A stretch of 64,000 nucleotides of DNA from an uncultured Acidobacteriaceae bacterium (GTDB taxonomy: Bacteria; Acidobacteriota; Terriglobia; Terriglobales; Acidobacteriaceae), in contig CAWACF010000017.1 in the NCBI GenBank assembly GCA_963780495.1, positions 66,559 through 130,558 of the forward strand, written 5' to 3'. This document shows, in pieces, positions 1 through 10,825 of the stretch; position 1 is the stretch's first letter, and every line of letters begins with the position of its first letter. The notes below the pieces were generated by a model. It saw only the letters and a list, made by a program, of their open reading frames with translations. It searched no databases and had not been told where the DNA came from. Position numbers and translations under genes: made by a program.

Positions 1-112
1 ACTTCAGTCAAAAACAGGGCACAAGTTTGCGACGCTCTGGTCTGTAGAGCTGCGGATCAAGCTCGTTGTGATACCTAACTCGTCCGCGTCCAGGTTGTAT
101 CACGTGGCACGA

Positions 113-322
113 TTAGCGATGCTTCCGTCGGATGCCCACTCCCGCAAGGGCGAGGGTCATACCGGTAGCCGCCAGGCAGCCTGCGATGACCGCGAATCGA
201 GTCTCACCCAGCCTTATTTCGGCGGGATGAAAGTAAAATACAAGGAATGCAAACAGAATCAACACCCAGCCAATGACCATCATGACCGAGCCGCTTTCCC
301 GCTTCTCTTCCGACGATGACAT
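113..322 (-). CDS. hypothetical small membrane protein (69 aa)
   Basis: ORF track. Two hydrophobic helices (VMMVIGWVLILFAFLVFYF, VIAGCLAATGMTLALAGVGI). No family recognised. Confidence 0.4.
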   Translation of the reverse strand: MSSSEEKRESGSVMMVIGWVLILFAFLVFYFHPAEIRLGETRFAVIAGCLAATGMTLALAGVGIRRKHR

Positions 323-379
323 AGCCGCCTCCTGCGCGACTTGCCACCCTCCTCAGACCAAACTCTTTCTAGGTCGGCA

Positions 380-700
380 TCAGGCCACTTGATTATCTTC
401 GCGATCGTCTTTGGCTTGCTGCCGCAACGTTCGCCTCAGGTCACGCTCACCCAGACGAGTCGCGCCGACTGCGCGCCGGTAGCGTGTGCCCATGATAACC
501 AGAACCAATCCGAGCAGGCCTTCGATGCCCAGCCAAACTGGCCAAAACCACGAACCATTCCGCAGGCTCTGGAAGAAATAAATACCCAGCAGCCCGTCCA
601 TCCACAGAAAAATCCAGCCAACCGTCAAAAGGATCGAACCCAGCCGACGGTTCTCAACGGTATTGTCAATGGCGACCTGATCGCGATCGAATCCTGGCAT
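380..700 (-). CDS. hypothetical membrane protein (about 107 aa)
   Basis: The track ORF is 380..766, but its first codons lie inside the heptamer repeat array. I prefer the internal ATG at 700 (MPGFDRDQ...) with GGGAG about 11 nt upstream. Three hydrophobic segments. Confidence 0.45.
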   Translation of the reverse strand: MPGFDRDQVAIDNTVENRRLGSILLTVGWIFLWMDGLLGIYFFQSLRNGSWFWPVWLGIEGLLGLVLVIMGTRYRRAVGATRLGERDLRRTLRQQAKDDREDNQVA

Positions 701-754
701 AACGAGCAGAGCTCCCTTCGGAAAATAAGGCCCACCCGATTTAGATGCCGTATA

Positions 755-789
755 AGCAATTAGCAACTAGCAATTAGCAGCCAGCAAGA
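755..789. repeat. five tandem 7-nt units AGCAATT AGCAACT AGCAATT AGCAGCC AGCAAGA
   Basis: AGCA starts at 755, 762, 769, 776 and 783, an exact period of 7. Located between the etfB stop and the next gene start. Confidence 0.85.
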
Positions 790-887
790 AACTGCTCGTT
801 ACAGAATCTGATCCGTATCATTCGTACCATTCCGGCAATTTGCCTACCCGTGTACTGCCAATGGCTGGCGGCTCGTTGCCGATTGCT

Positions 888-1658
888 TCAGATAACCCGC
901 ACCTCGTTACGCAACTTCTCCACCAGCTTCTTCGCCACTTCCGCCGGTGGCCCTTCGATTACCTCAGTCTTCTTCGTCTTCTGCGGAATGTAAAGCTTCT
1001 GAATGATCTGCAAGTTATCGCTCAACGCCGGCTTCACTTCGTCGAAGCTCACCTTCTTCAGCGGCTTATTCTTTGCCTGCTTGATGCCAATGAGCGTTGC
1101 GTAACGCAACTTATTGATGCCCGACTGGATTGTCAGCACCGCCGGCAGCGGCATGTCGACAAACTGGAAAAAGCCCGCCTCTAGCTCGCGTTTTACGCGG
1201 ATACCGCTGTCGCCCTTCTCGATCTGCATGATGATGGTGGCGTGCGGCCATCCCAGCAACTCAGCCAGGATGACACCAGTCTGGGCGAAGCCGAAGTCGT
1301 CTGACTGCAGGCCGGTAAAGATCAGGTCGAAGTTTTCTTCCTTGATGGCGGCCCCAAAGGCTTTAGCTGTATTGAAGGCATCCAGGGTTACGAACTCGTT
1401 GCCTTCGAGATGGATCGCCCGGTCGGCCCCCTTGGCGAGAGCCTCGCGCAAAACCTGCTGCGCGCGTGCCGGACCGCTGGTGATCACAACCACCTCGCCG
1501 CCATGTTTTTCCTTCTGGCGCAGCGCCTCTTCCAGGGCGTAAGCGTCTGGCTCATTTACCTCGTAGGAAACGTCATCGCGAATCCACGTCCCGCTCTCGT
1601 TCAGCTTGAGGGGGGCGTCTTTCTGTGGGACCTGCTTCATGCAGACCAGGATCTTCAC
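888..1658 (-). CDS. etfB: electron transfer flavoprotein beta subunit
   Basis: 256 aa. MKILVCMKQVP... EVNEPDAYALEEAL ... VVITSGP is typical EtfB. No etfA gene is adjacent. Confidence 0.9.
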   Translation of the reverse strand: MKILVCMKQVPQKDAPLKLNESGTWIRDDVSYEVNEPDAYALEEALRQKEKHGGEVVVITSGPARAQQVLREALAKGADRAIHLEGNEFVTLDAFNTAKAFGAAIKEENFDLIFTGLQSDDFGFAQTGVILAELLGWPHATIIMQIEKGDSGIRVKRELEAGFFQFVDMPLPAVLTIQSGINKLRYATLIGIKQAKNKPLKKVSFDEVKPALSDNLQIIQKLYIPQKTKKTEVIEGPPAEVAKKLVEKLRNEVRVI

Positions 1659-1936
1659 CAGTACTCCTCGCCTTCAGTTGTTGCTTGGATGATAGTACAA
1701 AACTCGCAAGTATAAATGAGCGATCGGTGGGATGGGAAACGTCGAAAGATGAACGCGGTACTGAATCGGGAACCGAAGTTGCTCCAGGTCAACCAGATGC
1801 ATCTCTCGAACATCGCGCTTTGGGAGCGCGATATATCCGACCTTGGAAAAACCTCATGCCCTTCGCTGCGTGAGGCTTGCGCCCCAGCTCCGCCCATCCT
1901 GTCGGACAACGTGGGCTGGGCGATACCGTCAGCGAC

Positions 1937-1973
1937 CCCAGGTTCACGTCCAACAGCCGCACGTGAACCTGGG
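1937..1973 (-). terminator. 13-bp perfect hairpin downstream of the Lys-rich gene (no T-run)
   Basis: CCCAGGTTCACGT (1937-1949) pairs with ACGTGAACCTGGG (1961-1973) around an 11-nt loop, 32 nt past the stop at 2005. It could instead be a REP-type element. Confidence 0.35.
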
Positions 1974-2004
1974 ACCCAGTCAGATTACGGGGTTTTGAAG
2001 GCCG

Positions 2005-2403
2005 TTAACCGCGAGTCTTTCGTCCCAACTTGCGGCGATGCTTGTCGCGCTTGAGCTTCTTAATTTGTTGAGTGTGGGACTTCGATTTCGCAGTGGCCTT
2101 GGCGGTCGATTTCTTTGCTGGCGCAGCTTTGGTTGGTGCTGCACTGCTGGACGCCTTGGCCGGTTCACCTTGGGACTTTTGCGATGACTTGGTGTCAGTA
2201 TCCGCGGACTCAGCGGACTTGCTTTCGGACTTCTCAGCCTTCTTACCGGCCCCCTCTGACGCTTTGCCTTCGGACTTCTCGTCGGCATCGGACTTATCTC
2301 CAACGAGGTCGTTGACTTTGGACGCGACCGTACCTAAGGCCGACCCTACGCTGCGGGCCACCTTCGACAACGCGTTGTCCTGCTCTGGTTCCTGAGTAGC
2401 CAT
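2005..2403 (-). CDS. low-complexity Lys/Ser/Ala-rich basic protein (132 aa), histone-H1-like composition
   Basis: ORF track. AAPTKAAPAKKSTAKATAKSKSH and a KKLKRDKHRRKLGRKTRG tail. Three other frames here are also open because of compositional bias. Confidence 0.5.
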   Translation of the reverse strand: MATQEPEQDNALSKVARSVGSALGTVASKVNDLVGDKSDADEKSEGKASEGAGKKAEKSESKSAESADTDTKSSQKSQGEPAKASSSAAPTKAAPAKKSTAKATAKSKSHTQQIKKLKRDKHRRKLGRKTRG

Positions 2404-2625
2404 TGCTCCGCCTTCTGCCGCTGAGAGGATTGGCTGCCAACAGCAACTCAGTCCGGCACGCTATTGGAAGCAGGGTAAGGGTAATGGGCTGCCCCGCGGA
2501 TAGGGGACAGCAGTAGAGGCCCAGTGCCGTTGGCTGAAAAACGTATGAAGTGATATTCGAAGCTTGAAGGAACGCCGTGTCCTCGTTCGCCGGGCTAACG
2601 CGGCATGAAGTGTATTAAACCCCAG

Positions 2626-3702
2626 TTAGCGTCCAGAAGACGGACGCGAACCTGGGGCGCCGGATGATTTTTCGGTCTCGAGCAGTTTCTTCTTGCGTCC
2701 GATCCCCCAGCGATATCCGGCAAGATCGCCGTCGTTGCGGACCACACGGTGGCAGGGAACTGCGATCGCTACCGGATTGCACGCGCAGGCATGCGCCACA
2801 GCGCGGACGGCGGCCGGTGAGCCAATCTCTCGGGCGACTTCGCTGTAGCTGCGCGTTTCTCCACGCGGGATCTGGCGCAGCGTGTCCCAGACCTTCTGCT
2901 GGAAAGCGGTGGCGCGAACGTCGAGCGGCAAATCGATGGTGCTCTTATCTCCGCGAATCGAGGCAAGCAGCGGCTCGACATATTGGCGTAGCGACGAATC
3001 GTCGCGATGCAATTCCGCTGCATGAAATTCCAGCCGCAGGTCACGATACAGTCCCGAGATACTTTCTCCAAAGCGAACCGCGCAAAGCCCCCGATCCGTA
3101 GCTGCCACCAGCATTCGGCCTAGTGGAGTCGGAACCATGGTGAAGCGAATCTTCGCCCCCAGTCCTCCACGCCGATACTCGCCCGGCGTCATGCCGAGTT
3201 GCTGCGGCGCCCTTTCGTAGAGACGGCTGGGCGAACCGAAGCCGGCGTCGTAAAGCGCAGTGGTCACGTCGTCTCCCTTGCGCAGGCCTGACTTTACCTG
3301 CTGCATGCGGCGCGCCGACTGATACTCCCGCGGGCTGAGCCCCGTGGCGCGCTTGAACAGCCGCTGCAAATGAAACGGGCTCAGCCCCACGTGCTTGCTA
3401 AGGTAGGCTAGGGTGAGTGCGCCTTCCGCGTTATCAAGGAGCTGGCGGGCTTTTGCGACGGCCTGCGCCTGCGAAGAGATTTCCGTTGGCTTGCAGCGCA
3501 GGCACGCGCGATAGCCGGCTCGCTCCGCCTGGTTGGGATCGGCAAAGAACTCGACTGAGTCGCGGCGCGGTCTGCGGCTCGGACACGAAGGCCGGCAATA
3601 GACTCCGGTGGTGCGCACAGCGAACACGAAGCGCCCGTCCTGGCGGGCGTCGCGCGCCATCACATGCTGCCATTTGCTATGAAGTTCGGTTTCCATGCTC
3701 AC
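2626..3702 (-). CDS. ada: bifunctional Ada: methylphosphotriester-DNA methyltransferase/AraC-type activator plus O6-methylguanine-DNA methyltransferase
   Basis: N-terminal FVFAVRTTGVYCRPSCPSR (Ada Zn site), a central AraC HTH region and a C-terminal PCHRVV MGMT active site. Confidence 0.9.
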   Translation of the reverse strand: MSMETELHSKWQHVMARDARQDGRFVFAVRTTGVYCRPSCPSRRPRRDSVEFFADPNQAERAGYRACLRCKPTEISSQAQAVAKARQLLDNAEGALTLAYLSKHVGLSPFHLQRLFKRATGLSPREYQSARRMQQVKSGLRKGDDVTTALYDAGFGSPSRLYERAPQQLGMTPGEYRRGGLGAKIRFTMVPTPLGRMLVAATDRGLCAVRFGESISGLYRDLRLEFHAAELHRDDSSLRQYVEPLLASIRGDKSTIDLPLDVRATAFQQKVWDTLRQIPRGETRSYSEVAREIGSPAAVRAVAHACACNPVAIAVPCHRVVRNDGDLAGYRWGIGRKKKLLETEKSSGAPGSRPSSGR

Positions 3703-3899
3703 ACACTAGATCCGTGGATTAAACACGGCTATCCGCAGCTTGCGGGCAAAAGAAAACAGGCGTCAGTGGCAAATCTAAGCCGTCGGCTAGCAGCTGGAAG
3801 TTCACCCACGGACGGCGTCATCCTGAGCGCAGGCGTGCTGCCTTTGCAAGCCGGAATCGAAGGGCCGCTATTTTTACCAGCTCTTGACTATCCACAGCT

Positions 3900-5477
3900 T
3901 CATCGCCATCGCTTGATCTCCGGCCAGATATCTTTCAAGTTCCACTTCAGGCCTCGACCCCAGTAGATGTCCGTCTCTTCCAGAGCCAGTGGATATTCAA
4001 AGTGTCCCACCTTTTCCACGTGAGCAAAATATTGCGGTAGATGCTCGGGGCGACCTTCGCCAATTAGCAGCATACTTTCGCCCGTGTAGTCGCGTGGCCC
4101 CCACAACCAATAGTTTTGATGTCCGGAGATCGCCTGCGGTAGGCCATATTTCGGACCGAAGAGATCGACTGCTCCTGCCTCTCCAAAATTATCGACCCGG
4201 ATCGCGGTCTTAGCCTGCACATCCGGAGGCAGGCTGCGATACACGTCCGCAATCTTCTGTACGAGTTGCTCCCATCCCAGCTCATCCGAGTAATACTGCG
4301 GCAGCGGAGAAGCGGCGTGACCATGTTCGCTCACGGGGGGAGAGAAGTGGATGGCGTTCTGGTAGCGCAGATATTCGTCGATCGGTAATACCGGCGCGAT
4401 GATCGGCAGAAATGGCAGACACAATGCGAGAAAAACAATAACGAACGCCGGCTTCAGCCAGGCGCGGCCTGTGCGTGCGATCCACCGCTCCGCAGCCACA
4501 CCGCCCGCGGCGAAGAGGACGGGATAAGCCGGCGCCGCATAGTAGTCTTTTCCGCCTAGAGCCATCCACACGCCCACTTCGACAACATACGCCCAGCCCA
4601 GCAGGCGATAGCGCTGGCCGTCCCGGCCGAAGAACAGCCACGCTAGTCCAGCGAGCCACAGGGGCAGCGCAAACGGGTTCACCATCAGCGTCTGGTCCAG
4701 GAGGAAGGCCAGCGGGCCGCGCACCACGTCGCGACCATCGGCCTTGATGTTGCGCATCAACTCCACAAACGGCCAATGGTAATGAATGTTCCACAGCAGG
4801 TTGGGCAGGAAAATCAGGAACGCCAGCAAACCCGCGAGCCAGATCCATTTATGTGCGAGAGCCTTTCGTTCGGGCGTGAGCACGACGCCAACCATGATGC
4901 CTAAGCCATAAACCGCCACAGAATATTTGGTTTCGAGGCCGATCCCGGCAAGCAGTCCGAACCATAGCCACAGCTTCTGATTACCGGTTTGAATGATGCG
5001 AATGATGATTGCGGCGAGGCCCATCCAGATGAGCGGCTCGAACACATTCATCGTAAGTAGATGGCCGTTGATCACGAAGACAGCTGAGAGAGCCGTCGCC
5101 AGCGCGGACAGGCCCATTGCATAGCGTCGGCCGCCGAACTGATGCGCAATGCATCCGGTTAGCGCGACGGTTCCGGCTCCCGCAACCGCGGGAAGAAGTC
5201 GGATTGCCAGTAGCGTGGTGCCGAAGAGGTGACGCGTCAGCCAGGCAATGAGGGCGATCATGGGCGGCTGATCGACGTAGCCCCAATCGAGATGCTGCGC
5301 GCAGTCCAGGTAGTACATCTCGTCGCGGAAGACGCCGTAGCGGTTCGCCGTCACCAGGTGCAGAAGGAGCCGCAGGCCGGCAATCAGTGCGACAACCGCA
5401 AAGCCGGTTGTATACCAAGCAGCAGCAGATTTCTCAGGCCTAGAGGTTGTGGCGAGAGGTGGGACGGTGGAAGACAT
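3900..5477 (-). CDS. polytopic membrane glycosyltransferase, ArnT/PMT-like (GT39/GT83 type)
   Basis: 525 aa with more than 10 hydrophobic helices. The N-terminal YGVFRDEMYYLD loop pattern resembles dolichyl/undecaprenyl-phosphate-sugar transferases. Confidence 0.7.
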   Translation of the reverse strand: MSSTVPPLATTSRPEKSAAAWYTTGFAVVALIAGLRLLLHLVTANRYGVFRDEMYYLDCAQHLDWGYVDQPPMIALIAWLTRHLFGTTLLAIRLLPAVAGAGTVALTGCIAHQFGGRRYAMGLSALATALSAVFVINGHLLTMNVFEPLIWMGLAAIIIRIIQTGNQKLWLWFGLLAGIGLETKYSVAVYGLGIMVGVVLTPERKALAHKWIWLAGLLAFLIFLPNLLWNIHYHWPFVELMRNIKADGRDVVRGPLAFLLDQTLMVNPFALPLWLAGLAWLFFGRDGQRYRLLGWAYVVEVGVWMALGGKDYYAAPAYPVLFAAGGVAAERWIARTGRAWLKPAFVIVFLALCLPFLPIIAPVLPIDEYLRYQNAIHFSPPVSEHGHAASPLPQYYSDELGWEQLVQKIADVYRSLPPDVQAKTAIRVDNFGEAGAVDLFGPKYGLPQAISGHQNYWLWGPRDYTGESMLLIGEGRPEHLPQYFAHVEKVGHFEYPLALEETDIYWGRGLKWNLKDIWPEIKRWR

Positions 5478-5542
5478 GGCTGCTCCGTGCGAGGAATACC
5501 CGCCCTGGATAGTACGGGATTTGGGATAAGAAGGTTCGATCC

Positions 5543-6187
5543 TTAGCGGCTAGCTTCTGAGGCTAGGGCACCCTTGGTCTTCATCCGAACAATCTCTGCC
5601 GCCTGCTCCGCGGATTCGAAGACGTACGACTCGATGCCCACGGCGCGGGCTCCCTCTACGTTGCGTGGACGGTCGTCGAAGAACAACGCGCGTTCGGGTT
5701 CGCAGCCAACGGCGTTCAGACAAATCCGGTAGATCGCCGCATCCGGTTTGATCACGCCGTGGTCGCATGACCAGATCTGCACCTCGAATTCGTCAAGCCA
5801 GTCGAAAGCCATGCGCACTTTGGCGAGCAGGTCGCGGGGGATGTTGGAGAGGATCGCCGTGCGCATGCCCTGCGCTTTGATCTCGCGCACCAGTTCAATT
5901 GTCGCGGGATTGGCGCGTACCCACATGCGATTTTCGAAGTCCACGATCCGTGAGATGTGATCCGGGGTAAGCGAAATTCCGGCAGTCTTGGCAAAATGCT
6001 GCCAATGTTGATGGCAGTCATGCCGGCCGCAGTCGTATTCGTCGCGGGTGTCGGAGTAGATCTGAAAGAATGGAGGCTCTCCGATACCGACTAATCGCGC
6101 AAATTCCCGCAGTTCCGCGGGCCTCGGCGAGTGGCTTAGCACCCGTCCGTAATCGAAAATCACAACGTCCCAGGGTGTTTGTCCCAT
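5543..6187 (-). CDS. HAD-superfamily hydrolase (subfamily IA-like)
   Basis: VVIFDYGRVL (motif I region), ILSN (motif II) and FFDDRPRNVEGA (motif IV). I prefer the ATG at 6187 over the track start at 6277. Confidence 0.75.
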   Translation of the reverse strand: MGQTPWDVVIFDYGRVLSHSPRPAELREFARLVGIGEPPFFQIYSDTRDEYDCGRHDCHQHWQHFAKTAGISLTPDHISRIVDFENRMWVRANPATIELVREIKAQGMRTAILSNIPRDLLAKVRMAFDWLDEFEVQIWSCDHGVIKPDAAIYRICLNAVGCEPERALFFDDRPRNVEGARAVGIESYVFESAEQAAEIVRMKTKGALASEASR

Positions 6188-6267
6188 GCTGTTATTCTCA
6201 CACAACGAGAGGAGCCGCGGGCGAGGTTGTAGCATCGGATACTTGTCGGTTTTCAGAGAGGGAAGAC

Positions 6268-6663
6268 ATGAGTGCAAGTAGCGAGAACGGTTTGATTCAT
6301 CTCGAAAGTAAACATTCCGTCGACGAGACCTTGCAGCGGCTGCAGACGCTGCTCCAGGAAAAGAACATCAAGGTGTTTGCACTCATCGATCACAGCGGAG
6401 AGGCGACGAAAGCGGGACTGGCGATGCGTCCGACGAAGCTGCTGATCTTCGGCAACCCCAAGGGCGGCACGCCACTGATGCAGGCTGCACCGAGCGCGGC
6501 GATCGATCTCCCACTGAAGGCGCTGGTCTGGGAGGACGTGGAAGGCCACGTCAAACTAACCTACAACGATCCGGCGTATCTGCAACAACGCCACAACATT
6601 CCGATCGAGCTATTGCCCAACATCTCTGGAGTGAGCGGGTTGCTGGAGAAAGCTGCGAGCTGA
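6268..6663 (+). CDS. DUF302-like protein
   Basis: [61 protein letters not shown] is the DUF302 pattern. ATG at 6268, in frame with track ORF 6070..6663. Confidence 0.75.
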   Translation: MSASSENGLIHLESKHSVDETLQRLQTLLQEKNIKVFALIDHSGEATKAGLAMRPTKLLIFGNPKGGTPLMQAAPSAAIDLPLKALVWEDVEGHVKLTYNDPAYLQQRHNIPIELLPNISGVSGLLEKAAS

Positions 6664-6799
6664 ATACGGCAAGGGCTTTCATCAAGCAGACGAAGCAAAG
6701 GCGTTCTACAATGCCCGCTGTGCCTGTTTCACCAATTCGGTATACGGAGTCGATTTCTGCCCGGCGTCCAGGCCGGCAAATTCGAGAAAGAAGGGTGTG

Positions 6800-7147
6800 A
6801 TGAGCAAAATTTGTGGACGTTGGTCAGCGGTTTTGTCGCTGGTGCTCTTGCTTTCGGCAATGAATTTCGCGCAGACGTCGGGCGCAATGGCAAGCAAACC
6901 CGCAGCGGGCGTGCAGTCGAGTGGCGGCGCAAGCAGCAGCGCGAAACTGGACCTGAATAGCGCGACCAAAGACCAGCTTCAGGCTCTACCCGGCATCGGC
7001 GCAGCCTACTCGCAGAAGATCATTGACAATCGGCCGTATCGCGCGAAAACAGACCTGGTTTCGAAGAAGGTCATACCTCAGGCGACCTACAACGGAATCA
7101 AGGACATGGTGATCGCCAAGCAAGGGACGGCTGCGAAGAGCAAGTAA
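6800..7147 (+). CDS. ComEA-like helix-hairpin-helix DNA-binding protein with signal peptide
   Basis: [31 protein letters not shown] is an HhH motif. N-terminal signal peptide. Start is GTG 6797 or ATG 6800. Confidence 0.75.
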   Translation: MSKICGRWSAVLSLVLLLSAMNFAQTSGAMASKPAAGVQSSGGASSSAKLDLNSATKDQLQALPGIGAAYSQKIIDNRPYRAKTDLVSKKVIPQATYNGIKDMVIAKQGTAAKSK

Positions 7148-7160
7148 AACCCTTTTTTAC

Positions 7161-8369
7161 TCACTTATTACTCAGAGCCTCGACACCGGGAAGCTTCTTG
7201 CCCTCGAGAAATTCCAGCGACGCCCCGCCCCCGGTAGAGATGTGAGTGATCTTGTCGGCAACGGCGGCGGCCTTCACGGCCGCAACGCTGTCGCCACCGC
7301 CTACGATCGAAGTTGCCGCGCCATTGTCGGCAACCGCGTGTGCGATCTTCTTTGTGCCCTTGGCGAACGCCTCGATTTCGAAGACGCCCATCGGACCGTT
7401 CCAAACGATCGTCCGCGCATCGCTAATCTCGTCGGAAAATAGCTCGATGGTTTTCGGACCTATATCGAGTGCCATCATGTCCGCGGGAATGGGCTGGCCT
7501 TCGCCGATGTTCTGAATCCGCGCTCCCGCCTCCACTTTATCGGCTACAACGTGATCGACCGGCAACAGGAACTTCGCTTTATGGGCCTTTGCCTCGGCGA
7601 GAGTCTCCTTGGCAAGTTCGACCTTGTCGGCTTCGAGCAGAGACTTGCCGATCTCCTGCTCCTGCGCTTTCAGGAAGGTATAGGCCATGCCGCCGCCGAT
7701 GATGAAGGTGTCAACCTTCCCCATCAGGTTTTTGATGACACCGATCTTGTCGCTAACCTTGGCGCCGCCAAGAATCGCAATGAACGGCTTCTGGGGATGC
7801 GATAGCGCTTTGCCGAGGTATTCCAGTTCCTTCTCCATCAGCAGGCCGGCAGCGCTCTTTTCCACGAAATGCGTAATGCCTTCGGTGGAGGCGTGTGCGC
7901 GGTGGGCCGAACCAAACGCGTCGTTCACGTAGTAATCGCAGAGATGCCCAAGCTGCTTGGCGAAGTTCGGATCGTTAGCTTCTTCTTCGGCATGGAAACG
8001 CAGATTCTCAAGTAAGAGTGATTGTCCCCGCTCCAGCTTCTCGGCCATCTCCTCGGCCTGCACGCCGATGCAGTCGGGCGAAAAGCCGACGTTCTCGCCG
8101 CGCCGCAGGACGTCATCCAGCAGAATGCGCAGACGTTCGGCCACGGGCTTGAGGCTCATCTTCGGATTCGGCTTACCCTTAGGACGCCCGAGGTGCGAGG
8201 CCAGGATCAGGCGCGCGCCATGCCGCAGCGCGTACTCGATAGTGGGCAGCGTCTCGCGGATGCGGGTGTCGTCCATCACCCGCCCATCGTCGAGTGGTAC
8301 GTTGAAATCGACGCGCATGAAGATGCGCTTATTGTTCAGTGGAAGATCGCGGATGGATAGTTTCGGCAT
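7161..8369 (-). CDS. pgk: phosphoglycerate kinase
   Basis: Full-length Pgk: MPKLSIRDL..., [14 protein letters not shown] prefer ATG 8369. The track start is GTG 8378. Confidence 0.95.
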   Translation of the reverse strand: MPKLSIRDLPLNNKRIFMRVDFNVPLDDGRVMDDTRIRETLPTIEYALRHGARLILASHLGRPKGKPNPKMSLKPVAERLRILLDDVLRRGENVGFSPDCIGVQAEEMAEKLERGQSLLLENLRFHAEEEANDPNFAKQLGHLCDYYVNDAFGSAHRAHASTEGITHFVEKSAAGLLMEKELEYLGKALSHPQKPFIAILGGAKVSDKIGVIKNLMGKVDTFIIGGGMAYTFLKAQEQEIGKSLLEADKVELAKETLAEAKAHKAKFLLPVDHVVADKVEAGARIQNIGEGQPIPADMMALDIGPKTIELFSDEISDARTIVWNGPMGVFEIEAFAKGTKKIAHAVADNGAATSIVGGGDSVAAVKAAAVADKITHISTGGGASLEFLEGKKLPGVEALSNK

Positions 8370-8380
8370 ATCGTTCACCG

Positions 8381-8408
8381 GTTGTCAGTTACCGATTGTC
8401 AGTTGAGA
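8381..8408. repeat. 7-nt periodic array GTTGTCA GTTACCG ATTGTCA GTTGAGA
   Basis: Lies directly upstream of the pgk start. It is the inverted partner of the array at 8531-8558. Confidence 0.8.
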
Positions 8409-8530
8409 ACGCCGGCCAACGTCCAATTAATTTGTGTTGATGGAAACAGTGGCCGGCACAGCCGTCTTCGCATTCGTTCGCCCGTTGCCGCTATTCCGGA
8501 CATGTAGTCCAGTCGCACCTCGCCGGGCTA

Positions 8531-8558
8531 CTGACAACCGACAACCAGCCACTGACAA
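8531..8558. repeat. 7-nt periodic array CTGACAA CCGACAA CCAGCCA CTGACAA
   Basis: Starts 7 nt beyond the gap stop codon. It is the reverse complement of the GTTGTCAG units at 8381-8408. Confidence 0.8.
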
Positions 8559-8564
8559 CTGTTC

Positions 8565-9653
<1,089 letters not shown>

Positions 9654-9843
9654 TCAAACAAAAAAGGGTAGCATCCGGATTGGGGTGAAGCAATGTTACG
9701 CATCACAATACGGTTGTGCACGCCACAAAAGGGGAACAGTTTCAATTTCGGATGGTGGTGCGCCGCACCCGCTGCTCTCCCTTGCCAAATCTGCAATAAC
9801 AGGCAGATTGCTCCCACCTAGCTGGCCGTGTTACAAGAGCAAC

Positions 9844-10800
9844 ATGCGAAGATGGACACGCGACCGCAACAAGCGGCGCAAACAAGGCGAGAAGCCGGGT
9901 GATAAGCCGGGCCAGGATAGCCCGGCCCCTTTGCAGCCAAGATTTCCAGATCCCATGACGGCCGAGTCGCCTCAGAGCCCCCAGACGGAGTTTGAAGCGC
10001 AGCCCGAAGAGTCGGAGCTCCAGGATTCGCAGCCCATGGTCGAATCCAGCGGCGGAGAAGCTGCGACTCCGCAAGCTCGGCGCGATCGTGGCCGGCGCCG
10101 CGGAAGACGCGGGCGCGGCAATCGTCCTCAGGGAGCTCAGGCACCTTCGCTACCTTCGCCAGGCGGTCCCACCGGGGAGGCCGGGGAAGCGGAATCTCCA
10201 GTGGATATCGCCGAACCCGCGGCACAACCCGCAGCAGCAGGTCGATCGAAGCAGCCCAAGGGCGCCGTCGTCCTCTCCATCGGATTGCCCGGTTCGGGCA
10301 AAAGCACGTGGTTCAAGCGTCATAACATTTTGCCGTTGTCGAGCGATATGGTCCGCATTCTCCTGTTCGACGACGTCACCGAACAGCGTTACCAGGACTT
10401 GGTATTCTCCACGCTTCGATCCATGTTGCGGGCACGCCTGCTGGCACGGCGCCCGTCGAACTACCTGGACGCCACAAATCTTTCTCCTCACGAGCGGCGC
10501 AGTTGGATCAAGCTGGCGCACGATTTCGGTTACGAGGCGCATGCTGTGTTCTTTGATGTGCCTCCCGAGGTCTGCATCGAACGCAATCACCGGCGCGATC
10601 GCAACGTCCCCGAAGACGTGATGCAGCGCATGGCTGCCAAGCTGCGGCCTCCAAAGTTCGAGGAAGGCTTTGCAAAAATCACCGTAGTACGGCTTAAGAA
10701 GAAAGACGGCGACGAGTCTGCTGCCGAGCCTCCGCGCAGCGTCGAGGCGCAGCCCGATGAAGGAGCGGACCCGCCGAATCTGGAAGATGCCGAATATTGA
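9844..10800 (+). CDS. P-loop kinase (AAA_33 / polynucleotide-kinase-like) with a long Arg/Pro/Glu-rich disordered N-terminus
   Basis: Walker A GLPGSGKST, followed by a Zeta/PNK-like kinase core. The N-terminus carries RRDRGRRRGRRGRGNR. ATG at 9844 is the likely start (track ORF begins at 9619). Confidence 0.65.
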   Translation: MRRWTRDRNKRRKQGEKPGDKPGQDSPAPLQPRFPDPMTAESPQSPQTEFEAQPEESELQDSQPMVESSGGEAATPQARRDRGRRRGRRGRGNRPQGAQAPSLPSPGGPTGEAGEAESPVDIAEPAAQPAAAGRSKQPKGAVVLSIGLPGSGKSTWFKRHNILPLSSDMVRILLFDDVTEQRYQDLVFSTLRSMLRARLLARRPSNYLDATNLSPHERRSWIKLAHDFGYEAHAVFFDVPPEVCIERNHRRDRNVPEDVMQRMAAKLRPPKFEEGFAKITVVRLKKKDGDESAAEPPRSVEAQPDEGADPPNLEDAEY

Positions 10801-10825
10801 AATCTGCAACAGAGTGAAGCAGGGA

